DNA of 64,000 nucleotides from an uncultured Thermoleophilia bacterium (GCA_963767505.1 CAVYDV010000008.1:358937-422936); one strand, 5' to 3'. Shown: positions 14,260 through 28,356, counted from the first letter of the stretch. Numbers and translations: made by a program. Notes: generated from the letters alone by a model not told the origin.

Positions 14260-15237
14260 ATGCTGGCCTACATCATCAGGCGTCTCTTCCAGCTCGTGAT
14301 CGTGCTGATCGGCGTCAGCCTGATCACGTTCCTCATCATGTTCGCCATCCCCGGCGACCCGGCGCGCCAGCTCGCCGGCAAGAACGCCACGCCCGAGAAG
14401 GTCGCCGCGATCTCAGCCCAGCTCGGCCTCGACCAGCCTCTCTACGTGCAGTACTTCAGGTTCCTGGGGCGTCTTCTGCACGGCGATCTCGGAGAGTCCT
14501 ACGCCCTGCAGCAGCCGGTCACGGAGCTCATCCGCGGACAACGCCCCCAACACGATCCAGCTTGCCATGGCGGCGGTGCTGATCGAATTGCTGGGCATCC
14601 CGCTCGGCATCTTCTCGGCGCTGCGCCAGTACACGTTCTGGGACACGGCCCTCACGACCACGGCGCTCATCATCTGGGGCATTCCGGTCTTCGTGCTGGG
14701 CCTCTTCGTTCAGTGGTTCTTCTCGCTCAAGCTGCAGCAGTGGTTCGGCATCGACATCTTCCCGCTCACCGGCGCCGGCGACAACGTCCTGTGGGTCATC
14801 CCCGCGTCTTGGGACAGCTTCATGACGCTGGTTCTTCCCGCCGTCACGCTCGGTCTCATCGGAGTCGCCTACATCTCGTACATGCAGCGAGCTTCGATGC
14901 TCGAGGTGATCCGCTCCGACTACATCCGCACGGCGCGCGCCAAGGGCCTCTCCGAGCGCCAGGTGGTCCGCAAGCACGCCTTCAAGAACGCCATCATCCC
15001 GGTCATGACCATCGCCGGGATCGATCTCGGCGCCCTCATGGCCGGGGCCATCCTCACCGAGACCGTGTTCTCGCGACCCGGGATCGGGCTCGATGATCTA
15101 CCAGGCCATCGGCGCCCGCGACCTCCCGGTCGTCGCGGGAGGAGTGCTCTTCGCGACCTTCATCTACGTGTTCGCCAACCTGTTCGTCGACCTCGGCTAC
15201 GCCTGGGTCGATCCGCGCATCCGGCTGGAGAGGCTGA
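14260..15237 (+). CDS. oppB: Peptide ABC transporter permease (OppB/DppB type); ~3 frame breaks
   Basis: MLAYIIRRLFQLVIVLIGVSLITFLIMFAIPGDP.. The break at ~14545 falls in a C5 run (..ELIRGQR | PNTIQLAMAAVLIELLG..). The second is at ~15090 (..TETVFSRPGIG | MIYQAIGARDLPVV..). The C-terminus ..GYAWVDPRIRLE needs a further shift to reach stop 15235-15237. Confidence 0.8.
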
Positions 15238-15242
15238 ACTCC

Positions 15243-16253
15243 TTGGCCGAGCGCGACACCAGCGGCAACCGTCATCACGACGGACGTCTCGGTCAGTACG
15301 CGTCAGCGAGCGCGACATCGTCGAGGAGTCGCCTTCTCGGGCAGGCGTCCGCTGGGTCTCTGGGCAGATACGTGGCGGCGCCTCAAGCGCAATCACCTCG
15401 CCGTCGTCGGCCTGGGTATCATCGTCGTCTTCCTCGCCGTGGGCCTGAGCCAGGAGATCGCCAATCTCGTCGGCCTGAACACCGGCGATCCGGGCTCCGG
15501 CTACCTGGCGCCCTACGACCCCAACGCCGTGAACTACGAGTTGTCTCCGAAGGGGCTGGGATCGCCGCCCTCGTGGTCGCATCCGTTCGGCACCGACTAC
15601 CTGGGCCGCGACATCCTTTCGCGTACTCTGGTGGCGACGCGCATCTCCATGCTCGTCGGCGTCATCGCAGTCGCCATCGCGCTCACCATCGGCCTCATCC
15701 TGGGACCGATCTCCGGGTACTACGGAGGACGCACCGACGCCGTCATCATGCGCACCGCCGACGTCTTCTTCGCCTTCCCCTACATCCTCTTCGTCCTGCT
15801 GTTCATGACGGTGCTCGGACCCGGCTTGTGGAACGTCTTCATCGCCATCGGCATCCTGGGCTGGGCGACCTACGCGCGCCTCAACCGCGGCTCGGTGCTG
15901 ACCGTCAAGACGATGGAGTACGTCGAGGCGGCCCGCGCCCAGGGGGCCAGCGATCTGCGCATCATCTTCCGCCACGTGCTGCCCAACACGATGGCGCCGG
16001 TCTACGTCGCCATCGCCATGGGCATCGGCGGCGCCATCGTCACGGAGGCGGCGCTGAGCTTCCTCGGCATCGGCCTGCAGCCGCCGGACGCCTCCTGGGG
16101 CAAGATGATCTCCGACTACCTCACCTATCTCCTGGCGGGAAGCTGGTGGATGCTGGTCTTCCCGAGTGCCTGGCCCTGGTCGCGACGGTGTTCGGGTTCA
16201 TCTCGTTCGGCAACGGCCTGCGCGACGCCACCGACCCCAAGCTCAAGGAGTAG
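15243..16253 (+). CDS. oppC: Peptide ABC transporter permease (OppC/DppC type); at least 3 frame breaks, 5' end uncertain
   Basis: ..[12 protein letters not shown] | [28 protein letters not shown].. and the permease core ..[19 protein letters not shown].. The break at ~16160 leads to the C-terminus ..[27 protein letters not shown] (stop 16253). The start is probably TTG ~15243 but is not secure. Confidence 0.7.
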   Translation: MAERDTSGNRHHDGRLGQYASASATSSRSRLLGQASAGSLGRYVAAPQAQSPRRRRPGYHRRLPRRGPEPGDRQSRRPEHRRSGLRLPGALRPQRRELRVVSEGAGIAALVVASVRHRLPGPRHPFAYSGGDAHLHARRRHRSRHRAHHRPHPGTDLRVLRRTHRRRHHAHRRRLLRLPLHPLRPAVHDGARTRLVERLHRHRHPGLGDLRAPQPRLGADRQDDGVRRGGPRPGGQRSAHHLPPRAAQHDGAGLRRHRHGHRRRHRHGGGAELPRHRPAAAGRLLGQDDLRLPHLSPGGKLVDAGLPECLALVATVFGFISFGNGLRDATDPKLKE

Positions 16254-16257
16254 GCGC

Positions 16258-17280
16258 ATGGCCGAGCGACTGCTCACGGTCAGCGACCTGTCCACGCACT
16301 TCTTCACCCACGCCGGCGTGGTCAAGGCGGTCAACGGCGTGAGCTTCACTCTCGATCGCCGGGAGACACTCGGCATCGTCGGCGAGTCGGGCTCGGGCAA
16401 GACGGTCGCCGCCCTGTCGCTGATGCGCCTCATCCCCGATCCGCCCGGCAAGATCGTGGAGGGATCGATCATGCTCGGCGACCGCGACCTGCGCACTCTG
16501 GGCGATCAGGAGATCCGCCAGGTCCGCGGCAACGACATCGCGATGATCTTCCAGGACCCCATGACCAGCCTGAATCCCGTGGTCAAGGTCGGCAAGCAGA
16601 TCGCCGAGGCCATCACGCTGCATCAGGGCAAGGCGCAAGGACGAGGCCTGGACGATGGCCGCCGAGCTGCTGGCGCGGGTCGGCATCCCCGACGCGCCGG
16701 CGCGGGTCAACCAGTACCCCTTCGAGTTCTCGGGCGGCATGCGCCAGCGGGTGATGATCGCCATGGCGATCAGCTGCAACCCGGACATCCTGATCGCCGA
16801 CGAGCCCACCACCGCCCTCGACGTGACCATCCAGGCACAGATCATCGACGTGATCGGCGAGATGCAGGAGGCCTACGAGTCAGCCGTCATCCTCATCACC
16901 CACGACCTCGGCCTCGTGGCCGAGATCGCCGACAAAGTGATGGTCATGTACGGGGGCCGGACGGTCGAGTACGGCGACGTCGACGAGATCTTCTACAACG
17001 CGCATCACCCCTACACGTGGGGACTGCTGGGCTCGCTGCCGCGCCTGGACCGCAAGACCCGGCTCACCCCGATCAAGGGGCAGCCGCCGGACCTCATCTC
17101 CCTGGCCGGATGGCTGTCCCTTCTCTGCACGGTGTGGCTACGAGCGCAGCGAGTGCCGCGACCACGTGGCCGGCGCTCGAGATCGTCGGGCCGCAGCACG
17201 GCGTCAACTGCTGGCTGCCGGAGGAGCAGCGCGTGGCGCTGCGCGCCGGGCTGCAGCACGTCAAGGACCCTGTCGCATGA
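16258..17280 (+). CDS. oppD: Peptide ABC transporter ATP-binding protein (OppD/DppD type); 3 frame breaks
   Basis: Walker A GESGSGKT, signature FSGGMRQR, Walker [14 protein letters not shown]-terminal oligopeptide domain ..[15 protein letters not shown].. / [20 protein letters not shown] / [16 protein letters not shown]. Breaks at ~16640, ~17105 and ~17166. Confidence 0.8.
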   Translation: MAERLLTVSDLSTHFFTHAGVVKAVNGVSFTLDRRETLGIVGESGSGKTVAALSLMRLIPDPPGKIVEGSIMLGDRDLRTLGDQEIRQVRGNDIAMIFQDPMTSLNPVVKVGKQIAEAITLHQGKAQGRGLDDGRRAAGAGRHPRRAGAGQPVPLRVLGRHAPAGDDRHGDQLQPGHPDRRRAHHRPRRDHPGTDHRRDRRDAGGLRVSRHPHHPRPRPRGRDRRQSDGHVRGPDGRVRRRRRDLLQRASPLHVGTAGLAAAPGPQDPAHPDQGAAAGPHLPGRMAVPSLHGVATSAASAATTWPALEIVGPQHGVNCWLPEEQRVALRAGLQHVKDPVA

Positions 17281-18328
17281 GCCTGCTCGAAGTCCGGGAC
17301 CTGAAGAAGCACTTCCCGATCAGGACAGGGGTCCTCAAGCGGACCACGGGCCACGTCTACGCGGTCGACGGGGTGAGCTTCTCGGTGGAGGCGGGGGAGA
17401 CGCTGGGACTGGTGGGCGAGAGCGGCTGCGGCAAGTCCACGACGGGTCGGGCGGTGATGCGCCTGCATCGACGCCACCGCGGGCAGCGTGACCTTCGAGG
17501 GCATCGACGTCATGGCTGCACGACGCAGCGAGATGCAGCAGCTGCGCCGGGACATGCAGATCATCTTCCAGGACCCCTACGCGTCGCTCAATCCGCGCAT
17601 GCGAGTGCGGAGCATCGTCGGCGAGTCCGCTGGACATCCACAGCATCGGCACGCCCGCCGAGCGCACGGCGCGCGTCTACGAGCTCCTCGAGACGGTCGG
17701 CCTCAACGCCGAGCACGCCGAGCGCTACCCGCACGAGTTCTCCGGCGGTCAGCGCCAGCGCATCGGCATCGCCCGGGCTCTGGCGCTCAATCCCAAGCTG
17801 ATCATCTGCGACGAACCCGTGAGCGCCCTGGATGTCTCCATCCGCGCCCAAGTGATCAACCTGCTCAAGGACCTCCAGGACGATCTCGGCCTCACGTACC
17901 TCTTCATCGCTCACGATCTGTCCCTCGTCAAGCACGCGTCGGATCGGGTCGCGGTGATGTACCTGGGCAAGATCGTGGAGATCTCCGACAGCGACACGCT
18001 CTACGACAGGCCGCAGCACCCCTATACCGAGGCGCTCCTCTCGGCCGTCCCCATACCCGACCCCGATACGGAGCGCGCGCGGCGGCGGATCATCCTCGAG
18101 GGAGACGTACCCAGCCCGGCGAACCCGCCGACGGGCTGTGTCTTCCACCCACGCTGCCAGCGGGTCCAGGAGATATGCACGACGGAGATGCCGACCCTGG
18201 CGAGCACCGGCGGCGACGCCGGCGAGCACCACCAGGTGGCCTGCTACTTCCCGGCGCGCTTCCGCGACGGAACACGCTCGGTGGGCGAAGAGCCGTTCAT
18301 CGCCGACGGCAGTCGGGAGCGGGACTGA
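17277..18328 (+). CDS. oppF: Peptide ABC transporter ATP-binding protein (OppF/DppF type); 2 frame breaks
   Basis: The start shares ATGA with the oppD stop. Walker [38 protein letters not shown]-terminal ..[20 protein letters not shown]. Breaks at ~17465 and ~17632. Confidence 0.8.
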
Positions 18329-19274
18329 TCGGCGCGTTTCGTCGCGGCAGCCTCGCGTGCGTCGGTCTCTGCGCCCTCCTCGGCGCCCTTTCCCTCGGGG
18401 TCGGCGGCTTGCGGCGAGCGCGCCGCGCAGCCGACAGCCTCCGCAAGCCCCGCCCAGCAAGAACTCTTCCAGGTCGAGGGCATCACTGTCGCCCAAGCGG
18501 ATGTCGACGCCATTCGCGCCGAGGCACGGCTCGGTGGCGCCGAGGACGATGCGGAGCGAGCCCGGGAACAGGCGGTGCGCCGCCTGCTGGTGCGCCGCCA
18601 GGCCGAACGCCTGGGCGTGACGGTGCCGGAGCGGAGCGTCGAAGCCCGCCTCGACGCTCTCCGCAAGCGCATCGGCGGCGAGAAGGCCCTCGCCGCAGCG
18701 CTCAGTGGCGCGGCGATGACCTTCGAGCAACTCGACGCAGCGATTCGCTACAGCCTGCTGGAGAGCGCCCTGCAGGACGAGATGTACGCCGACGTACGCG
18801 CCTCGGAGGACGCCGTCTGAGACGTTCTATCGCGAGAATCGCGCCGAGCTGTTCACACGTCCCGCACAGGTGCGCCTGCGCAGCATCACACTGCCCAGCC
18901 GGAACGTCGCTCTTCAGGTCGGCAGGGACGTCGCTGAGGGGGCGGACTTCTCGACCCTCGCGCGCCGCCACAGCATCGACAGAGCGACGCGCGACGACGG
19001 CGGGATGCTGGGCTGGGTGGCCTTGTCGTCCTTGCCCGCAGAAGTGAGAAAGGCGCTCGCCCCGGTGAGTCGCGGCGGCGTGTCGGAGCCTGTCTTCGCC
19101 CTGAGCCGGTGGCACCTCTACGAGGTCGTCGATCGCCGCCCGGAGACGGTCCTGCCGCTGAAGAGGGTGTCGGCGGAGATCACGACAGAACTCACCCGCC
19201 GCCGCCGCGCGACCGCTCTGGAGGAGTGGATCGGCCGCGCTCGTGAGCGAGCGACCGTCGAGTCGTCCCCCTGA
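18325..19274 (+). CDS. Parvulin-type peptidyl-prolyl isomerase lipoprotein (PrsA/SurA-like); 2 frame breaks, start codon unresolved
   Basis: Signal-peptide-like [27 protein letters not shown] followed by Cys in the next frame (AACGERAAQ..). SurA-N-like helical part, then PpiC domain ..[46 protein letters not shown]. Breaks at ~18405 and ~18818. Confidence 0.65.
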
Positions 19275-19322
19275 GAGGCGACTCGGGCCAACGATGAGGC
19301 AGTGGGCCGCCACTGGTGCCGC

Positions 19323-19331
19323 TGCTATACT
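19323..19331 (+). promoter_or_regulatory. Candidate extended -10 promoter element TGCTATACT
   Basis: TGnTATACT lies 37 nt upstream of GTG 19368. The identical 9-mer recurs upstream of dxs (63780-63788). Confidence 0.35.
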
Positions 19332-19367
19332 TCCCGGCACGCGACTCAAGACCAGGAGGTCTCTCCG

Positions 19368-19745
19368 GTGCGCAACGCGCTCATCGTCCTCGTCGCCGTC
19401 GCCCTCGCGCTGGTCGGGATCGGCGGACTCAACCGTTCTCTGCAGTTCGACGTCGACTTCGTGGTCGTGTCCTGGAGCTATGTGTCGGCGTTCTGGATCA
19501 CGCTCGTAGTCGGTGCGGCTCTTCTCCTGACGGGTCTCGTCGCCGCCTTTCTGGCGCGCACCTCAGCCGTCGCAGCTCAGCGCAAGCTCGAGGCGGAACT
19601 CCAGACCACGTACGAACGGCTTCGTGCGGCCGAGGCGCGAATCCCCGTGGAGCCGCCAGCGCCGACCGAGGAAGAGGTGTCCCCCGTGACGCCGATGGGC
19701 GACTCGGCCCCGACGGAACCCGAGGCTCCACCGACGACGGACTGA
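19368..19745 (+). CDS. Small membrane protein, LapA/DUF1049-like, with Pro/Glu-rich tail
   Basis: GTG 19368 follows ACCAGGAGG. Two TM helices, then a coiled segment (QRKLEAELQTTYERLRAAEARI). Confidence 0.55.
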   Translation: MRNALIVLVAVALALVGIGGLNRSLQFDVDFVVVSWSYVSAFWITLVVGAALLLTGLVAAFLARTSAVAAQRKLEAELQTTYERLRAAEARIPVEPPAPTEEEVSPVTPMGDSAPTEPEAPPTTD

Positions 19746-19793
19746 GGTCGCCCCCGCGACGACGCGCCCATCTGTCCTCGGCCCCGGGTAGAC

Positions 19794-22376
19794 TTGGCGA
19801 GTGAAGCTGTCGTGACCGATCAGGCGTCCTGGCGCATTGCGCCGGCCCCCTACGCCGACGTGCGTAGGCTGGCCGCCGAACTCGGCGTCAGCGAGGTGCT
19901 GGCGCAGATCCTCGTCCGCCGCGGCTTCAGCGATGCCGGCGAGGCGCACGCCTTCCTGCATCCGGACTTCCGCGTGCACGATCCGTACGCGATGCTCGGC
20001 ATGGCCGCCGCCAGGCGGCGTATCGACACGGCCCTACAGCGCAATGAGCCCATTGCCGTCCACGGCGACTACGACGCGGACGGCATCACCGCGACCTTCC
20101 TCCTCGTGCGCGTCCTTCGGGATCTCGGCGCAGACGTGCGCTGGCGTCTGCCGAATCGCTTCGCCGACGGCTACGGGATCTCATCTGCCGCGGTCGACGA
20201 TCTCGCCGCCGCCGGGGTGCGGCTGCTGATCACGGTCGACTGCGGGATCACCGCCCGCGAGGAGGTAGCTCGAGCTCAGGGGCTGGGGATGGACGTCATC
20301 GTCACCGACCATCACGAGATGGAGGGCGGGCTACCCGACTGCATCGTCGTGACGCCGAAGCTCGAGGGGTACCCATGCCCGGACCTCGCCGGGGTCGGAG
20401 TGGCGTTCAAGCTGGCCCACGCCCTCATCGAGGAGCCAGACGCGCCTCTCGTCGAGGTGCCGCTGGCCCTGCGTTCTCTCACCGACGTGGTCGCCATCGG
20501 CACCATCGCCGACATGGTGCCCCTGATCGACGAGAACCGCGTGCTTGCCGCTCTGGGCCTCGGGCGCCTGCGCAGCTCGCCACGACCGGGGCTCGCGGCT
20601 CTGATGGAGGTATCCGACGTCAAGGCCGACGCCGTCACCGCGGGCGTCGTCGGCTTCCGGCTGGCGCCGCGCCTCAACGCGGCCGGCCGCCTGGAGGACG
20701 CCTCCCTGGCGCTCGAGCTCCTCGACTGCGAGACGCGCACCGATGCTCTGCCGCTCGCCCTGCGCCTCAACGAACTCAATCGCGAGCGTCAAGCCATCGA
20801 GAAGGCGATCATGACGGAGGCGTGCGCGATGGTGAGCGAGCCGGCTCCGGCGGCCCTTGTGCTCTCGTCTACGCAATGGCACGAGGGCGTCGTCGGGATC
20901 GTCGCCTCGCGCGTCGCCGAGCGCTTCAACCGTCCGACGATCCTGCTCAGCGAAGGCGATACCGACGCCAAGGGCTCCGGCCGAAGCATCGCCGGCTTCG
21001 ACCTGCTCGCCGCCGTCGAGCACAGTTCCGAGCACCTGCTGGCTTTCGGCGGACATCGTGCGGCGTGTGGGCTGCGCCTGCGCCGCGACCACATCGGCCC
21101 GTTCCGCGAGACGTTCGTCGCGCGGGTCGGCCGACACCCTTGGCGACGATCTCACCCGCACACGTCGCATCGACGCGCTGGTCGGGGGTCACGAGCTGAC
21201 CCTGGCTCTCGCGGACGAGCTTGAGCTTCTGGCCCCCCACGGCTTCGGCAATCGAAGCGTGACGCTCCTGCTGCGCGGCGCCGATCTCGTGGCTCCCCGC
21301 CTGACGCGCAACGGCAGGCACATGCAGTACCGGGTGCGTTGCGACGGCTCCTCCTGCAAGGCGATCCACTTCAACTTCTCGGCCCTGGACGAGATCGGTG
21401 CGCCCGGGCGGCACGACGTGGTACTCGCCCTGTCGAAGAACGAGTACAACGGCACGGTGAGCGCCCAGGTGGAGGTCAAGGACCTCGCGCGCCGCGAAGG
21501 GCTGCCGGTCGATCTCTGCCGCACCGCCTGCGACGCGAGCTGCCCAGACCGTCTCCATGGCATCGACTTGTGGCGAGCGCTCGGTCGACGGCCCGACACG
21601 TCGGCCCGTCCGCTCCGAGACACCTGCGCGCTCGCCGCGCTTGGTGCTCGCCAAGCGAATCGTCGACCGCCGCGAGAAGCCGCTGGCGCCCGCGCTCAGC
21701 GCCCTCGCGACCGGCGGCGAGCGCGTCCTCGTGCTGGTCGCCGACGTGGGCCGCCGTCGACCACTGCTCACGCCGAGACGTCCTGGCGCCGCAGATCGAG
21801 CAGAGCGGTCTCTATCTGCACACCGCCTGCGTGGGCCGCCTCGGCCTCGCGCCCGACGTGGACGTGGTCATGGCGGGCTTTGACCTGGCGGCTGCCCTGG
21901 AACCCGCCGAGCTCGCCGTCGCTCTGGCCGATTTCGGACACGTCGTCTTCGCGGATCCTCCTTTCACGAAGGCTCTGCTCCAGGTCGTGGCCGAAGCCTG
22001 TCCCGACGCATGGCTGCACTTCGCCTGGGGGCCTGCCGAAGTAGACTTTGCGGGGAAGATGCGCCAAGCTGAATACGATCTGGATCGCGTCGCGCGACGC
22101 GTCTGGCGTGCCGCGCGAGCGGGGTCGGGCCGGTTTGACGAGGCGCTCGAGGACGAGCTCCTGGGGGGCGAGCCGTTCTTGCCGTCGTCCTCCGCACTGG
22201 TCGCTGCGTTCCGGGTATTGTGCGAAGCGGATCTCCTGCACGTCACCGCCGACACGTACTGGCTCGAGCGACCTGCCGCCAAGGCCGATATCACGCAGAC
22301 CGAGAGCTACGGAGCATGGCACACACTGTTTCAGACAAGCGACTTCCTGCCGACCTGCCTGACAGCGAGACTCTGA
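19794..22376 (+). CDS. recJ: Single-stranded-DNA-specific exonuclease RecJ with a long C-terminal extension; ~3 frame breaks
   Basis: DHH motifs (IAVHGDYDADGITA, LITVDCGI, VIVTDHH) and DHHA1 (GGHRAACG). Breaks at ~21135, ~21610 and ~21770. The last ~300 aa (..GGERVLVLVADVGRRRPLL / ..DVDVVMAGFDLAAALE..HVVFADPPFTKALL..) have no family I recognise. Confidence 0.75.
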
Positions 22377-24567
22377 AGCACGTCCCGGAGCAGTACGCGC
22401 CGCTGCTCGACGATCTGTTCGAGGCCCTGGCGCACTACAATCCGGACGCCGACCGCGACCTCATCACCCGAGCTTTCGTGGCGGCGGCCATCCTCCATGA
22501 GCCGCAGAGCCGCAAGAGCGGCGAAGCCTACATCCATCACCCCGTCGGCACCGCCCTCAACGCGGCGGAGCTCATGCTCGACTCAGTCACCATCGCCGCC
22601 GCCCTCTTGCACGACGTCGTCGAAGACACGGGCACACCCCTCAGCTGGATCGAGGAGCGAGTTCGGCGCCGAGATCGCCATGCTTGTGGACGGAGTCACC
22701 AAGCTCACCAAGATGCACTTCACCTCCCAGGAGGAGGAGCAGGCCGAGAACTACCGCAAGATGATCATCGCCATGGCGACAGACATCCGCGTCATTCTCA
22801 TCAAGCTCTGCGATCGCCTGCACAACATGCACACGCTCTGCTACCTGGGCAAGCAGAAGCAGATCCAGAAGGCGAAGGAGACGCTGGAGATCTATGCGCC
22901 GCTCGCTCATCGCCTCGGTATCCACAACCTCAAGTGGCAGCTGGAGGATCTGGCGTTCTCCTCGCTGCACCCGCGCAAGTACCAGGAGATCCAGAGGTGG
23001 GTCGCACAGCGGCGCGGCGACCGCGAGGACTACGTGGAGCGAGGCGACCGGATTCCTGCGCGAGGCGCTCGCGGAGGCCGGCATCGAAGCCGAGATCGGC
23101 GGGCGCGTCAAGCACTTCTACTCGATCTACACGAAGATGAGTCGCGGCGGCAAGGAGTTCAACGAGATCTTCGACCTCACCGGCATCCGCGTCCTCGTCG
23201 ACTCCGTCAAGGACTGCTATGGAGCCGTGGGCATCATCCACTCCCTCTGGAAGCCCCTCCCAGGGCGCTTCAAGGACTACATCGCGATGCCGAAGTTCAA
23301 TCTCTACCAGTCGCTGCACACCACGGTGATCGGGCCCGGCGGCAAGCCGCTCGAGATCCAGATACGCACCTTCGACATGCACCAGACCGCGGAGTACGGA
23401 GTGGCCGCCCACTGGCTCTACAAGGAGAGAGGCGAACGCGACCAGGACAAGCTCGCATGGCTGCGCCAGATGATGGAGTGGCAGTCCGAGACCGGCGACT
23501 CAGGCGAGTTCATGGACACGCTGCGGGTCGACCTCTTCGAGGATGAGGTCTTCGTGTTCACGCCGAGAGGCGACGTCAAGAGCCTGGCCGCGGGGAGCAC
23601 GCCCATCGACTTCGCCTACGCAGTCCACACCGACGTCGGCAGCCACACGGTGGGGGCGAAGCTCAACGGACGCATCGTCCCCCTGCACACCAAGCTCAGC
23701 TCCGGCGATATCGTCGAGGTCATAACGAGCAAGTCGAGCCGCGGCCCGTCGCGCGACTGGCTCGACATCGTCAATACGCCGCGGGCGCGCCAGAAGATCC
23801 GGCAGCACTTCCGCCGCGAGCAGCGCGAGGATTCTGAGCACTCCGGGCGCGATCTTCTTCAGGAGGTCCTCCGCCGCGAAGGTCTGCCGACGGCGAAGAT
23901 CCTCAGCTCGAAGGCGTTCGCTCAGATCTGCAAGGAGATCGGCTTCAGCAAGCCGGACGACCTCTACATGGCGATCGGATCGGGCCGAGTGCCGGTCAAG
24001 ACCGTCGCCACCAAGGTGCTGCAGGCTTCGGGCACGCTGAAGGCGACGGCGCCGCGGGCGGAGCCTCTGGCCGCCAAGCCGGTCCACGACGCGGACGAGC
24101 CCCAGGCCCTCTCCGGCGAGCTGGGGATCGCCGTCGAGGGCATGAGCGACATCATGGTGCGCATGGCCAAGTGCTGCAAGCCGATCCCCGGCGACGACAT
24201 CGTGGGCTACATCTCGCTGGGCAAGGGCATCACCATCCACCGCAGTGACTGCAAGAACGCTCGCAGCCTGATGAAGAACCCGGAGCGCTTCATGAAGGTC
24301 GATTGGAAGGGGCTCGCCGACAACGCCTTCCACGTCGAGATCATGGTCGAGGCCCTCGACCGGAACCACCTCCTTGAGGATCTCGCACGGACGCTGTCCG
24401 ACTCGGGAGTCAGCATCCTCGGCGGCAGCATGCAGACCCTCTCAGACGGCGCCGTGCGCGACCGCTTCACGCTCCAGGTCGGCGACGTCCGGCAGCTCGA
24501 CAACATCCTCGGCAACATCCGCAGCATCCACACGGTCTACGACGCCTACCGCGTGCTGGGCACCTAG
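22316..24567 (+). CDS. rel: Bifunctional (p)ppGpp synthetase/hydrolase (RelA/SpoT family); 2 frame breaks
   Basis: HD domain (HPVGTALNAAEL..AALLHDVVEDT), synthetase (RVKHFYSIYTKM..DLTGIRVLV..EIQIRTFDMH), TGS (VFVFTPRGDVKSLAAGSTPIDFAY) and ACT at the C-terminus. Breaks at ~22655 and ~23040. The proposed ATG overlaps the recJ 3' end by 61 nt. Confidence 0.85.
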
Positions 24568-24637
24568 TCGCCGCGGCGGACGCGAGGCGACCCGCCAAGG
24601 TCGACCCTCGGGGAGGCGTTTGATACGCTCCGCACGA

Positions 24638-25306
24638 ATGCCTACCGCTCGAGGTTCCGTGCCCGATTCGCTCCAAGTCTCTTCACTGCAGCTCGGTCCT
24701 CTGCAGGCCAACTGCTTTCTCGTGATCCAGGGCCAGGAGGGCCTCGTGATCGACCCCGGCGACGAAGCGGGAGTCGTGGTCGAGGCGATGGGTCGATTCG
24801 GTGTGAGACCCGCGGCCGTCCTCGTCACACACGGCCATTTCGATCACATCGGCGGAGTGGCCGCACTGGCCAGCCACTACGCCGTTCCGGTGTTCGCGGG
24901 TGCCGCCGACGCCGAAGATATCGCCCAGGGCGGCTTCAGCAGCATGGCCGGCTACGAGATCGACTCTGTCGGGAGCGTGCACACCATCGACGGCGAGCAG
25001 GAGCTTGCGCTGCCGGTGGCCGTGACCGCCATCCCGACTCCGGGGCATTCCCTGGGGTCGTTCACGTTCTCCGTCGGCGGAGAGCTCTTCTGCGGGGACC
25101 TTCTCTTTCGCGGAAGCATCGGGCGCAGCGACCTGCCGGGAGGAGACATGGACCAGCTGCTCGATTCGATCGGCGACCTCATGCGCCGCTTCCCGCCCGA
25201 TACCGTCGTCCACTGCGGCCACGGTCCGGACACCTCGCTGGGCCGTGAACTCGCCGTCAACCCCTTCCTGGGCTCACTGCGCCACGACCCGAAGCACCGC
25301 TGGTGA
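24638..25306 (+). CDS. MBL-fold metallo-hydrolase (glyoxalase II-like)
   Basis: VLVTHGHFDHIGG (HxHxDH) and downstream His/Asp ligands. Intact. The stop overlaps the hisS GTG. Confidence 0.85.
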   Translation: MPTARGSVPDSLQVSSLQLGPLQANCFLVIQGQEGLVIDPGDEAGVVVEAMGRFGVRPAAVLVTHGHFDHIGGVAALASHYAVPVFAGAADAEDIAQGGFSSMAGYEIDSVGSVHTIDGEQELALPVAVTAIPTPGHSLGSFTFSVGGELFCGDLLFRGSIGRSDLPGGDMDQLLDSIGDLMRRFPPDTVVHCGHGPDTSLGRELAVNPFLGSLRHDPKHRW

Positions 25307-26570
25307 GCCACATCCAGGCCCCCAAGGGCACGTACGACCTGCTGCGGCGACGAAGCCGCCGAGCGAGATCGCGTGGTAGCGACGGCGGCCGACGTCTTCG
25401 CGTCATACGGGTATCACCGCATCGTCACGCCGGAGTTCGAGGCGACAGACCTCTTCCAGCGGGGAGTCGGTGAGGCGACCGACATCGTGCGCAAGGAGAT
25501 GTACACGTTCAGCGACAAGGGCGGGCGCTCGATGACCTTGCGCCCCGAGGGCACGGCGCCGGTGTGCCGCGCCTACCTCGAGCACGGCCTCCACAAGTGG
25601 CCGCAGCCCGTCAAGCTCTGGTACTACTCTCCGATGTTCCGCTACGAGCGGCCGCAGGCCGGTCGATACCGCGAGCACTACCAGATCGGCGCCGAGGCGA
25701 TCGGCTCGGCCGATCCCGCGGTCGACGCCGAGGTGATCGCCTTGCTCGCCGGCATCTTCGCTGAGGTGGGCGTCGCGGACACACGCCTCAGCATGAACAG
25801 CATGGGCGACGGTCAGTGTCGACCGGCCTACGTCGCCAGGTTGCGGGAGTACCTGAAGGGCCGCGAGAGCGAGCTGTGTGGGGAGTGCCGTCTCCCGACT
25901 GGAGATCAACCCCCTGCGCACCTTCGACTGCAAGGTCGCATCATGCCGAGCGGTGCTCGATGAGGCGCCGCACATCATCGACCACCTCTGTCCGGACTGC
26001 CGGCAGCACTTCGACGTCGTGCTGGAGCTCGTGGGCCGCGCCGGTCTCGAGCCGCACCTCGACTATCGGCTCGTGCGCGGACTGGACTACTACACCCGCA
26101 CCACCTTCGAGTTCAGCTCCGACCGACTGGGGGCACAGAGCGGGGTCGGCGGGGGCGGCCGCTACGACGGGCTCATCGAACAGCTCGGCGGTCAGCCGAC
26201 ACCGGGCGTCGGCTGGGGGAGCGGCCTGGAGCGCATCACCCAGGTGAGACGTGCGGAGCCACGACCTGGTGTTGCGCCTGCGGTGTTCATCGTGACCTTC
26301 TCTGCAGATGCCCGAGGAATCGCTTTCGGCCTCGCTCAGGAATTGCGCGGCAGGGGCATCGCCGCAGAGATGGACCTTGCCGGCCGGAGCCCAAAGGGTC
26401 AGCTCAAACATGCCGGTCGGATGCGGGCTGCCTGGAGCGTTCTCGTCGGCTTGAGCGAGCTCGCTCCCGACATGGTCCGACTGCGCACGATGGACGGCGG
26501 CCGCGAAGAGGATGTACCGGCGATGGAGCTCGTCGGGCTGGTCGCAGGCCGGCTCGGAGGGACGCTGTGA
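25303..26570 (+). CDS. hisS: Histidine--tRNA ligase; 2 frame breaks
   Basis: [14 protein letters not shown] | [32 protein letters not shown].., motif 2 [17 protein letters not shown], | ..[37 protein letters not shown]. Breaks at ~25345 and ~25885. Confidence 0.85.
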
Positions 26571-26592
26571 AGCTGCGCGAGGAGGACGCCTG

Positions 26593-28356
<1,764 letters not shown>

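Noticed and set aside
17488-19047. 519-aa ORF overlapping oppF and the parvulin gene
   Set aside because: Only ~45 aa (..[44 protein letters not shown]) belong to OppF, and ~25 aa form the parvulin signal peptide. The rest is Arg/Pro/Gly-rich off-frame translation.
24374-24637. Upstream extension of the MBL hydrolase ORF overlapping the rel 3' end
   Set aside because: The extension is Arg/Ser-rich and overlaps the well-conserved Rel ACT domain in another frame. ATG 24638 gives a normal MBL N-terminus.
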